Shown: one piece after another, positions 45,102 to 53,306 of the stretch
Numbering within the stretch: the first letter of the stretch is position 1
Layout of the letters: each line of letters opens with the position of its first letter
Assembly (NCBI GenBank): GCA_965238035.1
Contig: OZ250163.1
Location: 1,711,575 to 1,775,574 of the forward strand
Reading direction: 5' to 3'
Origin: Phototrophicaceae bacterium
GTDB taxonomy: Bacteria; Chloroflexota; Anaerolineae; Aggregatilineales; Phototrophicaceae
Length of the DNA: 64,000 nt
Made by a program: the position numbers and the translations under genes
Notes under the pieces: generated by a model
Told to the model about the DNA's origin: nothing
Database searches by the model: none
What the model saw: only the letters and a program-made list of their open reading frames with translations

Positions 45102-45767
45102 TTACTCCTCATGCATGCAAGCGCGGCAGGCTGGTTCGCCTGCCGCGGGATCTGTAAGGATCTCTGCCACAACCTCCCGGCACAGGTCGCCCTCGAAGCC
45201 GCGGCGCTGCAGGAAGGCCCACAGCTTGTGGCGCAGCTCTTCGTGCGTCAGCTGGCGCCAGCGGCGCAGCTGGTTGCGCGCCGCCCGGCGCGCCGCCTCT
45301 GCGCTGTCCAGGCTGGCCAGGGCTGTCTCGATGACCTCAGCGTCCACGCCCTTTTGCCGCAACCCGTAACGCAGGGCGCGTTGCCCCATGGGCCGAAAGC
45401 GCAGGCGGTCTTCCACCCAGAAACGGGCGAAGGCATGGTCGTCCAGATAGCCCTGTTGCGTCATGTGTTCCAGCGCAGCCGTGACTGCGGCGTCGGCGAA
45501 ACCCTTTCGCTTCAGCTGGCGTCGCACTTCTGCCACGCTGCGCGGCCGCCGACCGAGGAAGCGGGCCGCCTGGTCGATGGCGCGCGCGCGTTCGTCTGCG
45601 TCCTGCAGCTGCGCAATCCCGGTCGCGTCCAGCTGCTGGCCGGTTTGCAGGCTGGCAGCCAGAGTTAGCGACAGGCTGAAGGCGTGGGCGCCGTCGAGGT
45701 AGACATTCACCCGTTCGCGCCGGCGCCTGTGAAGTTGCAACGCGGTAATTACCGCCATTTCGTTCAT
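45102..45767 (-). CDS. recX: Recombination regulator RecX
   Basis: 221 aa with the three-repeat RecX pattern (YLDDHAFARFWVEDRL, ALRYGLRQKGVD, RRGFEGDL). Lies 5 nt upstream of rny. Confidence 0.8.
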   Translation of the reverse strand: MNEMAVITALQLHRRRRERVNVYLDGAHAFSLSLTLAASLQTGQQLDATGIAQLQDADERARAIDQAARFLGRRPRSVAEVRRQLKRKGFADAAVTAALEHMTQQGYLDDHAFARFWVEDRLRFRPMGQRALRYGLRQKGVDAEVIETALASLDSAEAARRAARNQLRRWRQLTHEELRHKLWAFLQRRGFEGDLCREVVAEILTDPAAGEPACRACMHEE

Positions 45768-46006
45768 TCTCGGAAACGCAAAAGGCCGTGATCGGGAATC
45801 ACGGTAGTGGCGTCCACATTGCCATAACGGCGCGCTGCGCGTCTGCGCCGGGCGATCAGTTGTTGCTGAACATTCCAGGACAATCAGGGAGTCTTGCGAA
45901 GATCATTCCCTGCCAATTGTGCAAAGTTCCCCGGATAAACAACACCATTCCCACCACGCTTGCCTGACGGCAGTGCGTTTCGCTCGCGCCACTTACCGGA
46001 TTGTTA

Positions 46007-46027
46007 TGCTACTGTTAAACAGTAGCA
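46007..46027. promoter_or_regulatory. Perfect 10-1-10 palindrome (candidate operator)
   Basis: TGCTACTGTT-A-AACAGTAGCA in the 343-nt AT-richer gap between divergent recX and the 46111 gene. It sits about 20 nt upstream of a TATACAAT -10-like box (46046-46053). Confidence 0.35.
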
Positions 46028-46110
46028 CGGGTCGTCAAATCACACTATACAATTGGTATCCAATGGACAGGCCGGTCTCATTCGCCGGGCGCGCAGGCTA
46101 CAATGTCGCC

Positions 46111-46890
46111 ATGGCTGAAAGGCAGCAGGCGCCACGTGTGCTCGTCACCGGCAGCGGCTTCCCCGGCGCCGGCATCGCGGCGGCCCTGCTGGCGGAAGGC
46201 GCCGAGGTCGATCTGTTGCAGCGGCCCGATGAAGTGCCGCTGTCCGAGCCGCTGGCGAGCAGCGTACGCAGTCTGGACGCTGACGTCTGGAATCCGGCCA
46301 GCTTGAGCGGGCGGGCCCGCGGTCACCAGCTGGCCATCCACACCGTGGGCAGCATGTACGCCGACCCGGCGCGCGGCCTCAATCACCACTGGCTTAATTT
46401 CGTCTGCGCGCGCAACGTGGCCAACATGTGTGTCAGCGATGGCTGCCCGCGCCTGGTGCTGCTCAGCTGCGCCCGCGCGCCCTGGATCAACCGCGGCTAT
46501 GTGCGGGCCAAGCGCGCCGCCGAGCAGTATTGTCTGCGCGTGGGCCTGCAAACCATCGTCATTCGCGCGCCGCTGACCTGGGTGCGCGGCCAGCGCCGTC
46601 AGCCCTTCTTCTGGCTGATGACCCTGCTCGGCAGCATCCCGCCCACCATGTGGCTCGGCTTTGGCCGCAGCGCGCCGCTGCAGTTCGACATCTTCGCGCG
46701 CGGCGTGGCGCGCATCGCGCTGCAGCCCACGCCCGGCCAGCAAATCTACTGGCGCCGCGACCTGCGCCGGCGCAACAGCAACCGGGAAGCCCGTCACTAC
46801 ACGCCGCCCGCTGTACCGGCCCCGTCAGTGCATCAGGCCGAAGAGGACGACGTCCCGTTCGGCTGGCTGCCGCCGACCTCTGACGACTAA
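46111..46890 (+). CDS. NAD(P)H-binding (atypical SDR) protein
   Basis: Trimmed to ATG 46111 (MAERQQAPRVLVTGSGFPGAGIAAALL). About 259 aa. Confidence 0.7.
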   Translation: MAERQQAPRVLVTGSGFPGAGIAAALLAEGAEVDLLQRPDEVPLSEPLASSVRSLDADVWNPASLSGRARGHQLAIHTVGSMYADPARGLNHHWLNFVCARNVANMCVSDGCPRLVLLSCARAPWINRGYVRAKRAAEQYCLRVGLQTIVIRAPLTWVRGQRRQPFFWLMTLLGSIPPTMWLGFGRSAPLQFDIFARGVARIALQPTPGQQIYWRRDLRRRNSNREARHYTPPAVPAPSVHQAEEDDVPFGWLPPTSDD

Positions 46891-46896
46891 CCGGGA

Positions 46897-48024
46897 CTAG
46901 AAATCGGGCACGTCGCCCGGCTGCTCTACCAGCACCTCGGCGGAGCGCCGCCCGCGCCGATAGCGATGCAGCGGCCGCAGCAGCAGCAGTTGCTCGCGCT
47001 CCGCTGCCGTCTGTGCCAGCCCCTGCAGTTCGCGCACGCCGGCGTAGATCTCCGCTGCCTCGGCATAGCCGAAGCGATAGGACAGGAACTGCGGGTGGCT
47101 GTCCAGAAAGCTGAGGACCGCGCCCAGCGCCGCGTAGATCCCGGCCGCGGGCTGCGGCTTGTCGATGCGCAGCAGGGCCTGCACCGGCAGCCGCATGTTG
47201 CGCGCCATCACGTCGAGGAGGACGGGGGTGTGAAAGAAGCGCCCCAGCCCGCGTGTATGTTCGACCGCGGCGGCGCGCAGGGCGGTCTCGTCCGCGCCCA
47301 GCTCCAGCGTGAAGTCGAAGTGCTCGTCATAGAGCCGCTGCCAGGCGCTGCGCTCCGCTTCCGGGATGAGCGCCTCGACCTGGCGCATGATGTCGTCAGC
47401 CGCTGCGGCCAGGGCCTGCTTGCGCGAAAGGCCGGGAACTTTAACCTCGGCAGCGGGCAGGGGCGCGCCAATATTCATCGACAGGCGCGGCCGTTTCAGC
47501 GCAAAGATGTCGGCCAGCGCGCCGTGCATGCCGCCAAAGCCAATGGGCAGCATGGCCGTGCCGGTGCGATAACTCAGCCAGGCTACGCCGGTGTGCGCGC
47601 GCTTCATGACGGGAGACCAGATGCCGCCCTCGGGGAAGATGCCGACCACGCCGTTCTGGCTGATGATGTCCAGCGGCAGCTGCAGCTCGTCGCGCCGGGC
47701 ATTGCCGCGGTTGACCGGCAGGTAACCCCACAGGCGCACGATCCAGGCGAAGCGTGGGTCGATGGGGATGTCGCCCGTGCCGATAATCTCGATCTCCCAG
47801 GGCACCAGCAGCGTCATCAGCGCCACTTCCATGATGGCCACGTGGTTGCCCACCAGGATCAGCGGCCCGCCCGCCGGCAGGTGTTCGCGCCCGCGCACGG
47901 TGGTGCGCGTCAGCAGGCGCAGCGCGATCCGCCCAAGGCGCCGCAGCACATAGCGCAGCAGCACCCGGCGCGGATAGCGAATCGAGTACGTCTCCTGGTC
48001 GCTCATACGCCACTGTCCGGCCAT
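46897..48024 (-). CDS. Lysophospholipid (1-acyl-glycerol-3-phosphate) acyltransferase family protein with C-terminal extension
   Basis: Acyltransferase motifs are VGNHVAIMEV and FPEGGIW. The alternative start is ATG 48006. Confidence 0.8.
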   Translation of the reverse strand: MAGQWRMSDQETYSIRYPRRVLLRYVLRRLGRIALRLLTRTTVRGREHLPAGGPLILVGNHVAIMEVALMTLLVPWEIEIIGTGDIPIDPRFAWIVRLWGYLPVNRGNARRDELQLPLDIISQNGVVGIFPEGGIWSPVMKRAHTGVAWLSYRTGTAMLPIGFGGMHGALADIFALKRPRLSMNIGAPLPAAEVKVPGLSRKQALAAAADDIMRQVEALIPEAERSAWQRLYDEHFDFTLELGADETALRAAAVEHTRGLGRFFHTPVLLDVMARNMRLPVQALLRIDKPQPAAGIYAALGAVLSFLDSHPQFLSYRFGYAEAAEIYAGVRELQGLAQTAAEREQLLLLRPLHRYRRGRRSAEVLVEQPGDVPDF

Positions 48025-48060
48025 GCGCCCTGCCCGGCCCTGCGTCGCTGTCGCCCCGCG

Positions 48061-49374
48061 TTACAGCGAAAGCACACGCGCCGTACCCTGCAGGCCTACG
48101 ACCACGTGGCGCGTATCCACCACGAGCGCGCTGTGATTAACCACCAGTTGCCAGTCGATGGCGCTATGGTCGGTGATGACGACGACGCAGTCGGCCGCGG
48201 CCAGTTCTCCCGCGTCCAGCGCCTGACTGCGCAGCAGCTGCCCCTCGGGCAGGCGCAGTTGCGGCACGTGCGGGTCGTGGTAGCGGATGTCCGCGCCTTT
48301 CTCCAGCAGCAGCGCCAGCACGTCCAGCGCCGGACTCTCGCGGGTGTCGTCCACGTCGCGCTTGAAGGCCACGCCCAGCACCAGGATGCGCGCATTGCGC
48401 ACCGCCTTGCTGTCGTCGTTGAGCGCGTCGCTGATGCGCTGCGTGACGTGCAGCGGCATGGCCATGTTGATTTCGCTGGCCACCTCAATGAAGCGCGCGT
48501 TGTAGTTCAGGGTCTTCAGCTTCCAGCTGAGATAGTGCGGGTCGACCGGGATGCAGTGGCCGCCCAGGCCTGGGCCGGGGAAGAAGGGCATGAAGCCAAA
48601 GGGCTTGCTGGCCGCCGCCTCGATCACCTCCCACACGTCGATGTTGAGACGGTTGCACATCAGCGCCATCTCGTTGACGAGGCCGATGTTGACCGCGCGG
48701 AAGGTGTTCTCCAGCAGCTTGGTCATCTCGGCCACTGTGGGCGAGCTGACCTGCATGACCTGGTCGACGGCAGTGGAATAGAGCGCGAAGGCGACCTCGT
48801 TGCACTCTGGCGTCACGCCGCCGACGATGCGCGGCGTGTTGCGCACGCCGAACTCGGCGTTACCGGGGTCGATGCGCTCCGGGGAGAAGGCGACGAAGAT
48901 ACTCTCGCCGGCCACGAAGCCGCGTTCCGCCAGTCGCGGCAGGATGATCTCGGTCGTGGTGCCAGGCCAGGTGGTGCTCTCCAGCACGATTAGCTGGCCT
49001 CTGCGGCAGACTACGAGGAGGGATTCCAGCGCGTTCAAAATGAAGGACATGTCGGGGTCGCGCGTTTTGCGCAGCGGGGTAGGCACGCAGATGCTGATGG
49101 CGTCGGCCATGCGCAGGGCTTCGTAGCAGTCAGTGGCGTTGAGTCGGCCGGCGTTCACCAGCGGTGCAATCTCCGCGTCCGTCACGCCCGGGATGTAGCT
49201 GCGGCCGCTGTTCAGCTGGGCCACCTTGTCCACGTCGAGGTCGAGACCGGTGACGTGAAAGCCGGCCTGCGCGAATTCCAGCGCCAGCGGCAGCCCGACA
49301 TAGCCCAGGCCCACAATGCCGATGCGGGCAGTGCGGGCCTGGAGTTTATGCAACAAGGTTTCGCGGTAGGTCAC
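48061..49374 (-). CDS. Nucleotide-sugar dehydrogenase (UDP-glucose/GDP-mannose / UDP-ManNAc dehydrogenase family)
   Basis: 437 aa with an N-terminal Rossmann motif (IGIVGLGYVGLPLA) and the catalytic-Cys region (GLGGHCIPVDP). Confidence 0.9.
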   Translation of the reverse strand: MTYRETLLHKLQARTARIGIVGLGYVGLPLALEFAQAGFHVTGLDLDVDKVAQLNSGRSYIPGVTDAEIAPLVNAGRLNATDCYEALRMADAISICVPTPLRKTRDPDMSFILNALESLLVVCRRGQLIVLESTTWPGTTTEIILPRLAERGFVAGESIFVAFSPERIDPGNAEFGVRNTPRIVGGVTPECNEVAFALYSTAVDQVMQVSSPTVAEMTKLLENTFRAVNIGLVNEMALMCNRLNIDVWEVIEAAASKPFGFMPFFPGPGLGGHCIPVDPHYLSWKLKTLNYNARFIEVASEINMAMPLHVTQRISDALNDDSKAVRNARILVLGVAFKRDVDDTRESPALDVLALLLEKGADIRYHDPHVPQLRLPEGQLLRSQALDAGELAAADCVVVITDHSAIDWQLVVNHSALVVDTRHVVVGLQGTARVLSL

Positions 49375-49446
49375 TGCGTGTAACTCTCTGGCCGCCGGCG
49401 GGCGCAGTATACTACAGGTCGCGCGGCGGCCAGAGTCCGCGCCGGC

Positions 49447-50601
49447 CTAGACGTCAGGCGCGGGCGCAACGGCCTCTGGCTGCGACAGGTCAAACTGCTC
49501 CAGCCAGGCCTCGATGTCCAGCCCCCTGCCGAGACGCTCTCTCAGGGCCTGCAAGGCCTCAAGGTCCATCTCGCCGCCTTCCGGCATGCTCTGCAGCATT
49601 GCGCAGGAAGGCAACAGGCAGGCATGCTGCGCCAGCGTCACCTCGAGCTGCAGGGCCTCGCCCGCCCGCTGCAAGTCCAGCTGCAGCGTCTCGCCCGGGT
49701 CGTAGGCCAGCAGCCGTTCGCGCAGGGTGCGCCGGGCATCGACCGGGTCGCCCGCCACGCCCACGATGATGTCCTCCGCCAGCAATCCGGCGGCTTCCGC
49801 CGGCGTGTCGGGCAGCACGCGCAGGATGAGCGCGCCCTCGTCCAGCGTCAGCTCTCGTTCCGCGGCGATCTGCGCGTCCAGGTCCAGGTATTCCACGCCC
49901 AGCAGCGGCTGGCCAGCGTTTGGCTGGAAGCGGAAGCGCTGCTCCAGCTGCTCCAGCAAGCCCTCAGGCTGGCTGCCCGCGATATCCCTGCGCGAGCCGA
50001 CCTGCGCCGCCAGCGTCAGGGCCTCGCCCTGGCGTTCGATGCCCAGCGAGATTACGGTGCCCGGCTCCAGCGCGCGGATCAGCGCGGCCGCTTCCAGCGG
50101 CGTGTTGATTGTCTCGTCATTGATGCTGAGCAGCAGGTCGCCCGCCAGCAAGCCGGCTGCCGCCGCCGGCGAGTCCGGCACCACTTCTTCTACCAGCACG
50201 CCCGCCTCATCAGTCACCAGACTGACGCCGAGGAAGGCCCGTTCGCGGAAGCCCTGCCACTGGCTGCGTCTCGCGGGCGCGCTGCCGAGTGTGACGGCGA
50301 GCTCCATTTCTTCCTCGTCGCGCAGAATCGTCAGCGTGATCTCGTCGCCGACGGCCAGCGCAGCAACCGTCTCCACAAAGTCTGCGGGCGCCAGTTCCTC
50401 GCCATTTAGCGCGAGGATGAGGTCGTCCACCTGCAGCCCGGCCGCGGCCGCCGGCGAGTCGGCCAGCACCTCGCGCACGAGGGCGCCGTTGTCTTCCGCC
50501 GAAAAGGTGATCCCGAGGAAGGGGCGCTCGCCCGCATCCTGGGCCAGGGCCGCGCCGCCCACCATGAGCGTCAGGGCCAGCAGAACAAGAATTTTACGCA
50601 T
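49447..50601 (-). CDS. Secreted protein with multiple PDZ domains
   Basis: Has a signal peptide (MRKILVLLALTLMVGGAALA). Three PDZ-like repeats are visible: DSPAAAAGLQVDDLILALNG, DSPAAAAGLLAGDLLLSIND and DTPAEAAGLLAEDIIVGVAG. Confidence 0.8.
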   Translation of the reverse strand: MRKILVLLALTLMVGGAALAQDAGERPFLGITFSAEDNGALVREVLADSPAAAAGLQVDDLILALNGEELAPADFVETVAALAVGDEITLTILRDEEEMELAVTLGSAPARRSQWQGFRERAFLGVSLVTDEAGVLVEEVVPDSPAAAAGLLAGDLLLSINDETINTPLEAAALIRALEPGTVISLGIERQGEALTLAAQVGSRRDIAGSQPEGLLEQLEQRFRFQPNAGQPLLGVEYLDLDAQIAAERELTLDEGALILRVLPDTPAEAAGLLAEDIIVGVAGDPVDARRTLRERLLAYDPGETLQLDLQRAGEALQLEVTLAQHACLLPSCAMLQSMPEGGEMDLEALQALRERLGRGLDIEAWLEQFDLSQPEAVAPAPDV

Positions 50602-50699
50602 GATATGCCTCCTGGTAAATCAATCCGTACGGACGTCAGGATAGGCAGAAACTCTGGGAAAAGTGTAAATGCCGGCTTAATGTCAGGTGAGAATCGGCG

Positions 50700-51728
50700 C
50701 TAGTCTTCCTTGTGGTTGTCGCCACGCAGGCGTTTTGACAGGAAGTCGCCCATCAGGCCTGACATCAGCATTGAGGAGGGCGAGGGTCTGCTTGAGTCGC
50801 GCTCGTCCGCGTCCCAGCGATTGTTGCTGCGCCGGTTGATCCAGTCGCTGTACTCGTCCGCGGCCCCGGTCACCAGGGCCTCCAGCGCGTCCCGGTCTTC
50901 ACTGGCGAGGGCCTCGCGCGTTTGCTGCAGGGTGGCCAGCAGGGCATCCAGCCAGTGCAGCAGGGGCTCGCGGTTGTGCAGCCAGTGATCGCGCAAATCG
51001 TCAGGGTGCGAATCGAAGAGCTGGTGCGTCAGGCGGCCGAAGGGTGGATTGGTCAGGCGCTGCATGTCGCTCCAGCCAGGGCTGCGGGTCAGGCTGTGGA
51101 AGCTGGCCACGCCCAGCAACGCGGGCAGATCAACCGTGGCGGCGATCAGGCTGTCATGTTCCAGCGCATCCATGAAGTGCGGCGTCGCGCCCAGCAGCGT
51201 GCTGAAGTCGCTGGCCAGTTCGACGGCCGCGCGCGAGCAGGCGGGCGCCGGCATCAGCATCATGCTGCTGTCATCGAAGAGGTCGGCGACGGCGTGTTCG
51301 GCGTCGTCAAGGCCGTCGAAGAGGTAGCGCGCGTTGACGACCGGCGTCATCTGCACCAGGTGCGCTTCGGCGGGCAGCAGTTCCTGCGCCAGGCGGAAGG
51401 CGGGCGCTTTCAGCTGCGCCATGTCGAGCACGACCGCGCCTGGCTGCAGCGAGTCCGCCAGGCCCTCCCACACGCGTCGCTGCTCCGTAACCGGCAGCGC
51501 CAGCACGACGATGTCGCGCCCGCGGGCCGCGGCAGCCGGGTTGCGCTCGGTCTTGTCGCAGAGCTTTGCCTTGCGCGCTGTCTCCAGAATGCCCGGTCGC
51601 GGGTCGGCGCCGCTGACCTCGAAGTGCTGCGCGGCCTTTTCGCGCTGGTTGCAGCGCCGCAGCGCGAGCGCCACCGAGCTGCCGGTGCGCTCCAGACCGA
51701 TGATGGTCACCGTGATGGTTCGCGTCAT
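50700..51728 (-). CDS. Prephenate/arogenate-dehydrogenase-fold protein with degenerate motifs
   Basis: 342 aa. Overall similarity by eye to TyrA (VVLDMAQLK..., FMDALEHDSLIAATVDLPALL). However, GxGxxG is GLERTG, and the HP and SHLPH motifs are not conserved. Confidence 0.6.
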   Translation of the reverse strand: MTRTITVTIIGLERTGSSVALALRRCNQREKAAQHFEVSGADPRPGILETARKAKLCDKTERNPAAAARGRDIVVLALPVTEQRRVWEGLADSLQPGAVVLDMAQLKAPAFRLAQELLPAEAHLVQMTPVVNARYLFDGLDDAEHAVADLFDDSSMMLMPAPACSRAAVELASDFSTLLGATPHFMDALEHDSLIAATVDLPALLGVASFHSLTRSPGWSDMQRLTNPPFGRLTHQLFDSHPDDLRDHWLHNREPLLHWLDALLATLQQTREALASEDRDALEALVTGAADEYSDWINRRSNNRWDADERDSSRPSPSSMLMSGLMGDFLSKRLRGDNHKED

Positions 51729-51783
51729 GGTTTTCCTCCTGCCACTTCAGACTCCCAGTATAGAGCGGCCCGTGCGCATTCGC

Positions 51784-52289
51784 CTAACTGCGTTCGTCGG
51801 CATGGCGCAACCGCGCCAGCAGTTCATCGTCACCGGGTGGCTGGGCGTGGCGCCCGATCAGCGCGACGACGCGTTCGTCGGCGCCCGCCGCGCGCGCCAG
51901 CTGCGCCCCCCAGGCGGGGTGCTGTTGCTCGATGATGAAGGGTCGCGCCAGCGGGTTCGCCACGTCGCCGCGCGCCAGGCTTGCGGCCAGGCTCGGCGCC
52001 AGCAAGGGCAGCAGGACTACCAGCACGCGTTGCCAGAGGGGGAAGGGCCAGCGCGTCTTGCCAACATCGTGCAGCAGTGCGGCCGCCGCCAGCTCCGGCG
52101 GCACTGCGCCCTGCGCCTGCAATGCGCGCGTAACACGCGCAGACTGTGCAGCTGCTCGCTGCGCCGCAAGCGGGCGAAGCAGTCCTGCAGCGCTGGCGTG
52201 AGATGTTGCGCCACGAGCGCGTGATCCACCGGCTGCGCGAAGGCCAGCAGCGCGTTCAGCCCCTGGCGCAGGCGGCGGAGTGCCCCCAC
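51784..52289 (-). pseudogene. HD-domain protein gene interrupted by a frameshift
   Basis: The N-terminal part (...SEQLHSLRVLRA) is in the frame of track ORF 52017-52364, from GTG 52289. The C-terminal part (LQAQGAVPPELAAAALLHDVGK...) is in the frame of ORF 51784-52122. The frames meet in a GCGCGCG run at 52124-52130. Confidence 0.65.
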
Positions 52290-52290
52290 G

Positions 52291-52953
52291 TCAGCCCAGC
52301 AGCAGGCGCGTAAGGCGGAAGGTCGGCCCGCTGATGAGCAAGCCGAAGAGGTTGAAAATGCCACTGAAGCTTAACAGCAGCATCGCAAAGAAGGCGTACT
52401 GGCTGTACTGACGCCAGCGTGGGCTGCCCCAGCTCCAGGCCAGTTGCGGCGGCAGCAGCGCGTAGACGATGTGCCAGCCGTCCAGCGGGAAGAGCGGCAG
52501 CAGGTTGAAGAGACAGAGCAGCACGTTGAAGAAGACCACGGTCTCCAAATCAGCGTGGCCAACGGCTGTATTATCTCCAGCGGCAAGCGCCCGGAGCGCA
52601 GCAAGGGTTCGCATCATCTGGAAAAGCAGGCCGAAGAGCAGGGCCAGCAGCAGGTTGGAAAGCGGGCCGGCCGCCACCGCCGCGAGGTAGCCGTAGCGCG
52701 GGTTGCGCATGCGTTGCGCGGAAATTGGCGCGGAACCGAGAATGCCGAAGCCGAGCAGCGCGAACATCAACCAGCCGAGCCAGTTGATGTGCACCAGCGG
52801 GTTCAGCGTCAGGCGGCCCTGCTGCGCCGGCACGGGATCACCCATCAGATGCGCGACGAAATTGTGGGCGAATTCGTGCACCGTCATGCCCAGGCCGACG
52901 GCCAGCAACACACCCAGAATGCTTTCCAGCGAGATGTCGCCGAGCAGAAACAA
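52291..52953 (-). CDS. Site-2 protease family (M50) metalloprotease
   Basis: HEFAHNFVAH is the HExxH motif in TM1, and LNLLPLFPLDGWH is the second motif. Start trimmed to TTG 52953, 12 nt downstream of GGAGGA. There is no in-frame ATG upstream of the HExxH. Confidence 0.8.
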   Translation of the reverse strand: MFLLGDISLESILGVLLAVGLGMTVHEFAHNFVAHLMGDPVPAQQGRLTLNPLVHINWLGWLMFALLGFGILGSAPISAQRMRNPRYGYLAAVAAGPLSNLLLALLFGLLFQMMRTLAALRALAAGDNTAVGHADLETVVFFNVLLCLFNLLPLFPLDGWHIVYALLPPQLAWSWGSPRWRQYSQYAFFAMLLLSFSGIFNLFGLLISGPTFRLTRLLLG

Positions 52954-53060
52954 GGCGCGCTCCAATCCTCCGGGTCGACTGCTGCGGGCAGTATAGCACA
53001 GGCCGCTGACTGTTCGCGGGCAGGCGTCTGCGCTATACTGATGGCGCGGCTGGAGACGGC

Positions 53061-53258
53061 ATGACAGAGTTGCGGGACGTTCAGGTCGACGACCGTGTGC
53101 AGTTACGCAAGCCACATCCCTGTGGCCGCGATGTCTGGGTCGTTTATCGTATCGGCGCGGACATCGGCCTGCGCTGCACGGGCTGCCGCCGCAGGCTGCT
53201 GCTGTCGCGCAGGGAATTCGGCAAGCGCGTGAGACGGATTGAGCGAGGGCTGGTGTGA
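53061..53258 (+). CDS. DUF951-like small protein (Cys-pair motif)
   Basis: 65 aa. ATG follows GGAG. The sequence VQLRKPHPCGRDVWVVYRIGADIGLRCTGCRRRLLLSRREF matches my recollection of the DUF951 pattern. Confidence 0.65.
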   Translation: MTELRDVQVDDRVQLRKPHPCGRDVWVVYRIGADIGLRCTGCRRRLLLSRREFGKRVRRIERGLV

Positions 53259-53306
53259 AGCTTGTGTCTCCGGCCCTGCGTCACCGTCGCGCGGGAATCA
53301 AGAGGC

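Noticed and set aside
46007-46027. Reading the palindrome as a LexA (SOS) box because it sits upstream of recX.
   Set aside because: The spacing is CTGT-N3-ACAG. That fits neither the gamma-proteobacterial CTGT-N8-ACAG box nor the Gram-positive/Chloroflexi-type GAAC-N4-GTTC box. I keep it only as an unassigned candidate operator.
46966-48993. 675-aa plus-strand ORF. Similar long antisense ORFs occur at 11768-13267, 18914-20422, 32127-33794, 40355-41938, 41975-43525 and 61845-63209.
   Set aside because: Each lies opposite genes with clear family motifs (acyltransferase and sugar dehydrogenase, cox genes, gatA, the PP2C-like protein, GT39, kynureninase-like, GT9-GT26). All are Arg/Ala/Gly/Gln-rich without recognisable motifs.
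49386-49435. A 12-bp perfect inverted repeat, CTCTGGCCGCCG...CGGCGGCCAGAG, between the PDZ gene and the sugar dehydrogenase gene, considered as an intrinsic terminator.
   Set aside because: The loop is 26 nt and no U-tract follows on the transcribed (minus) strand. It may still be structural, but a terminator call is unsupported.
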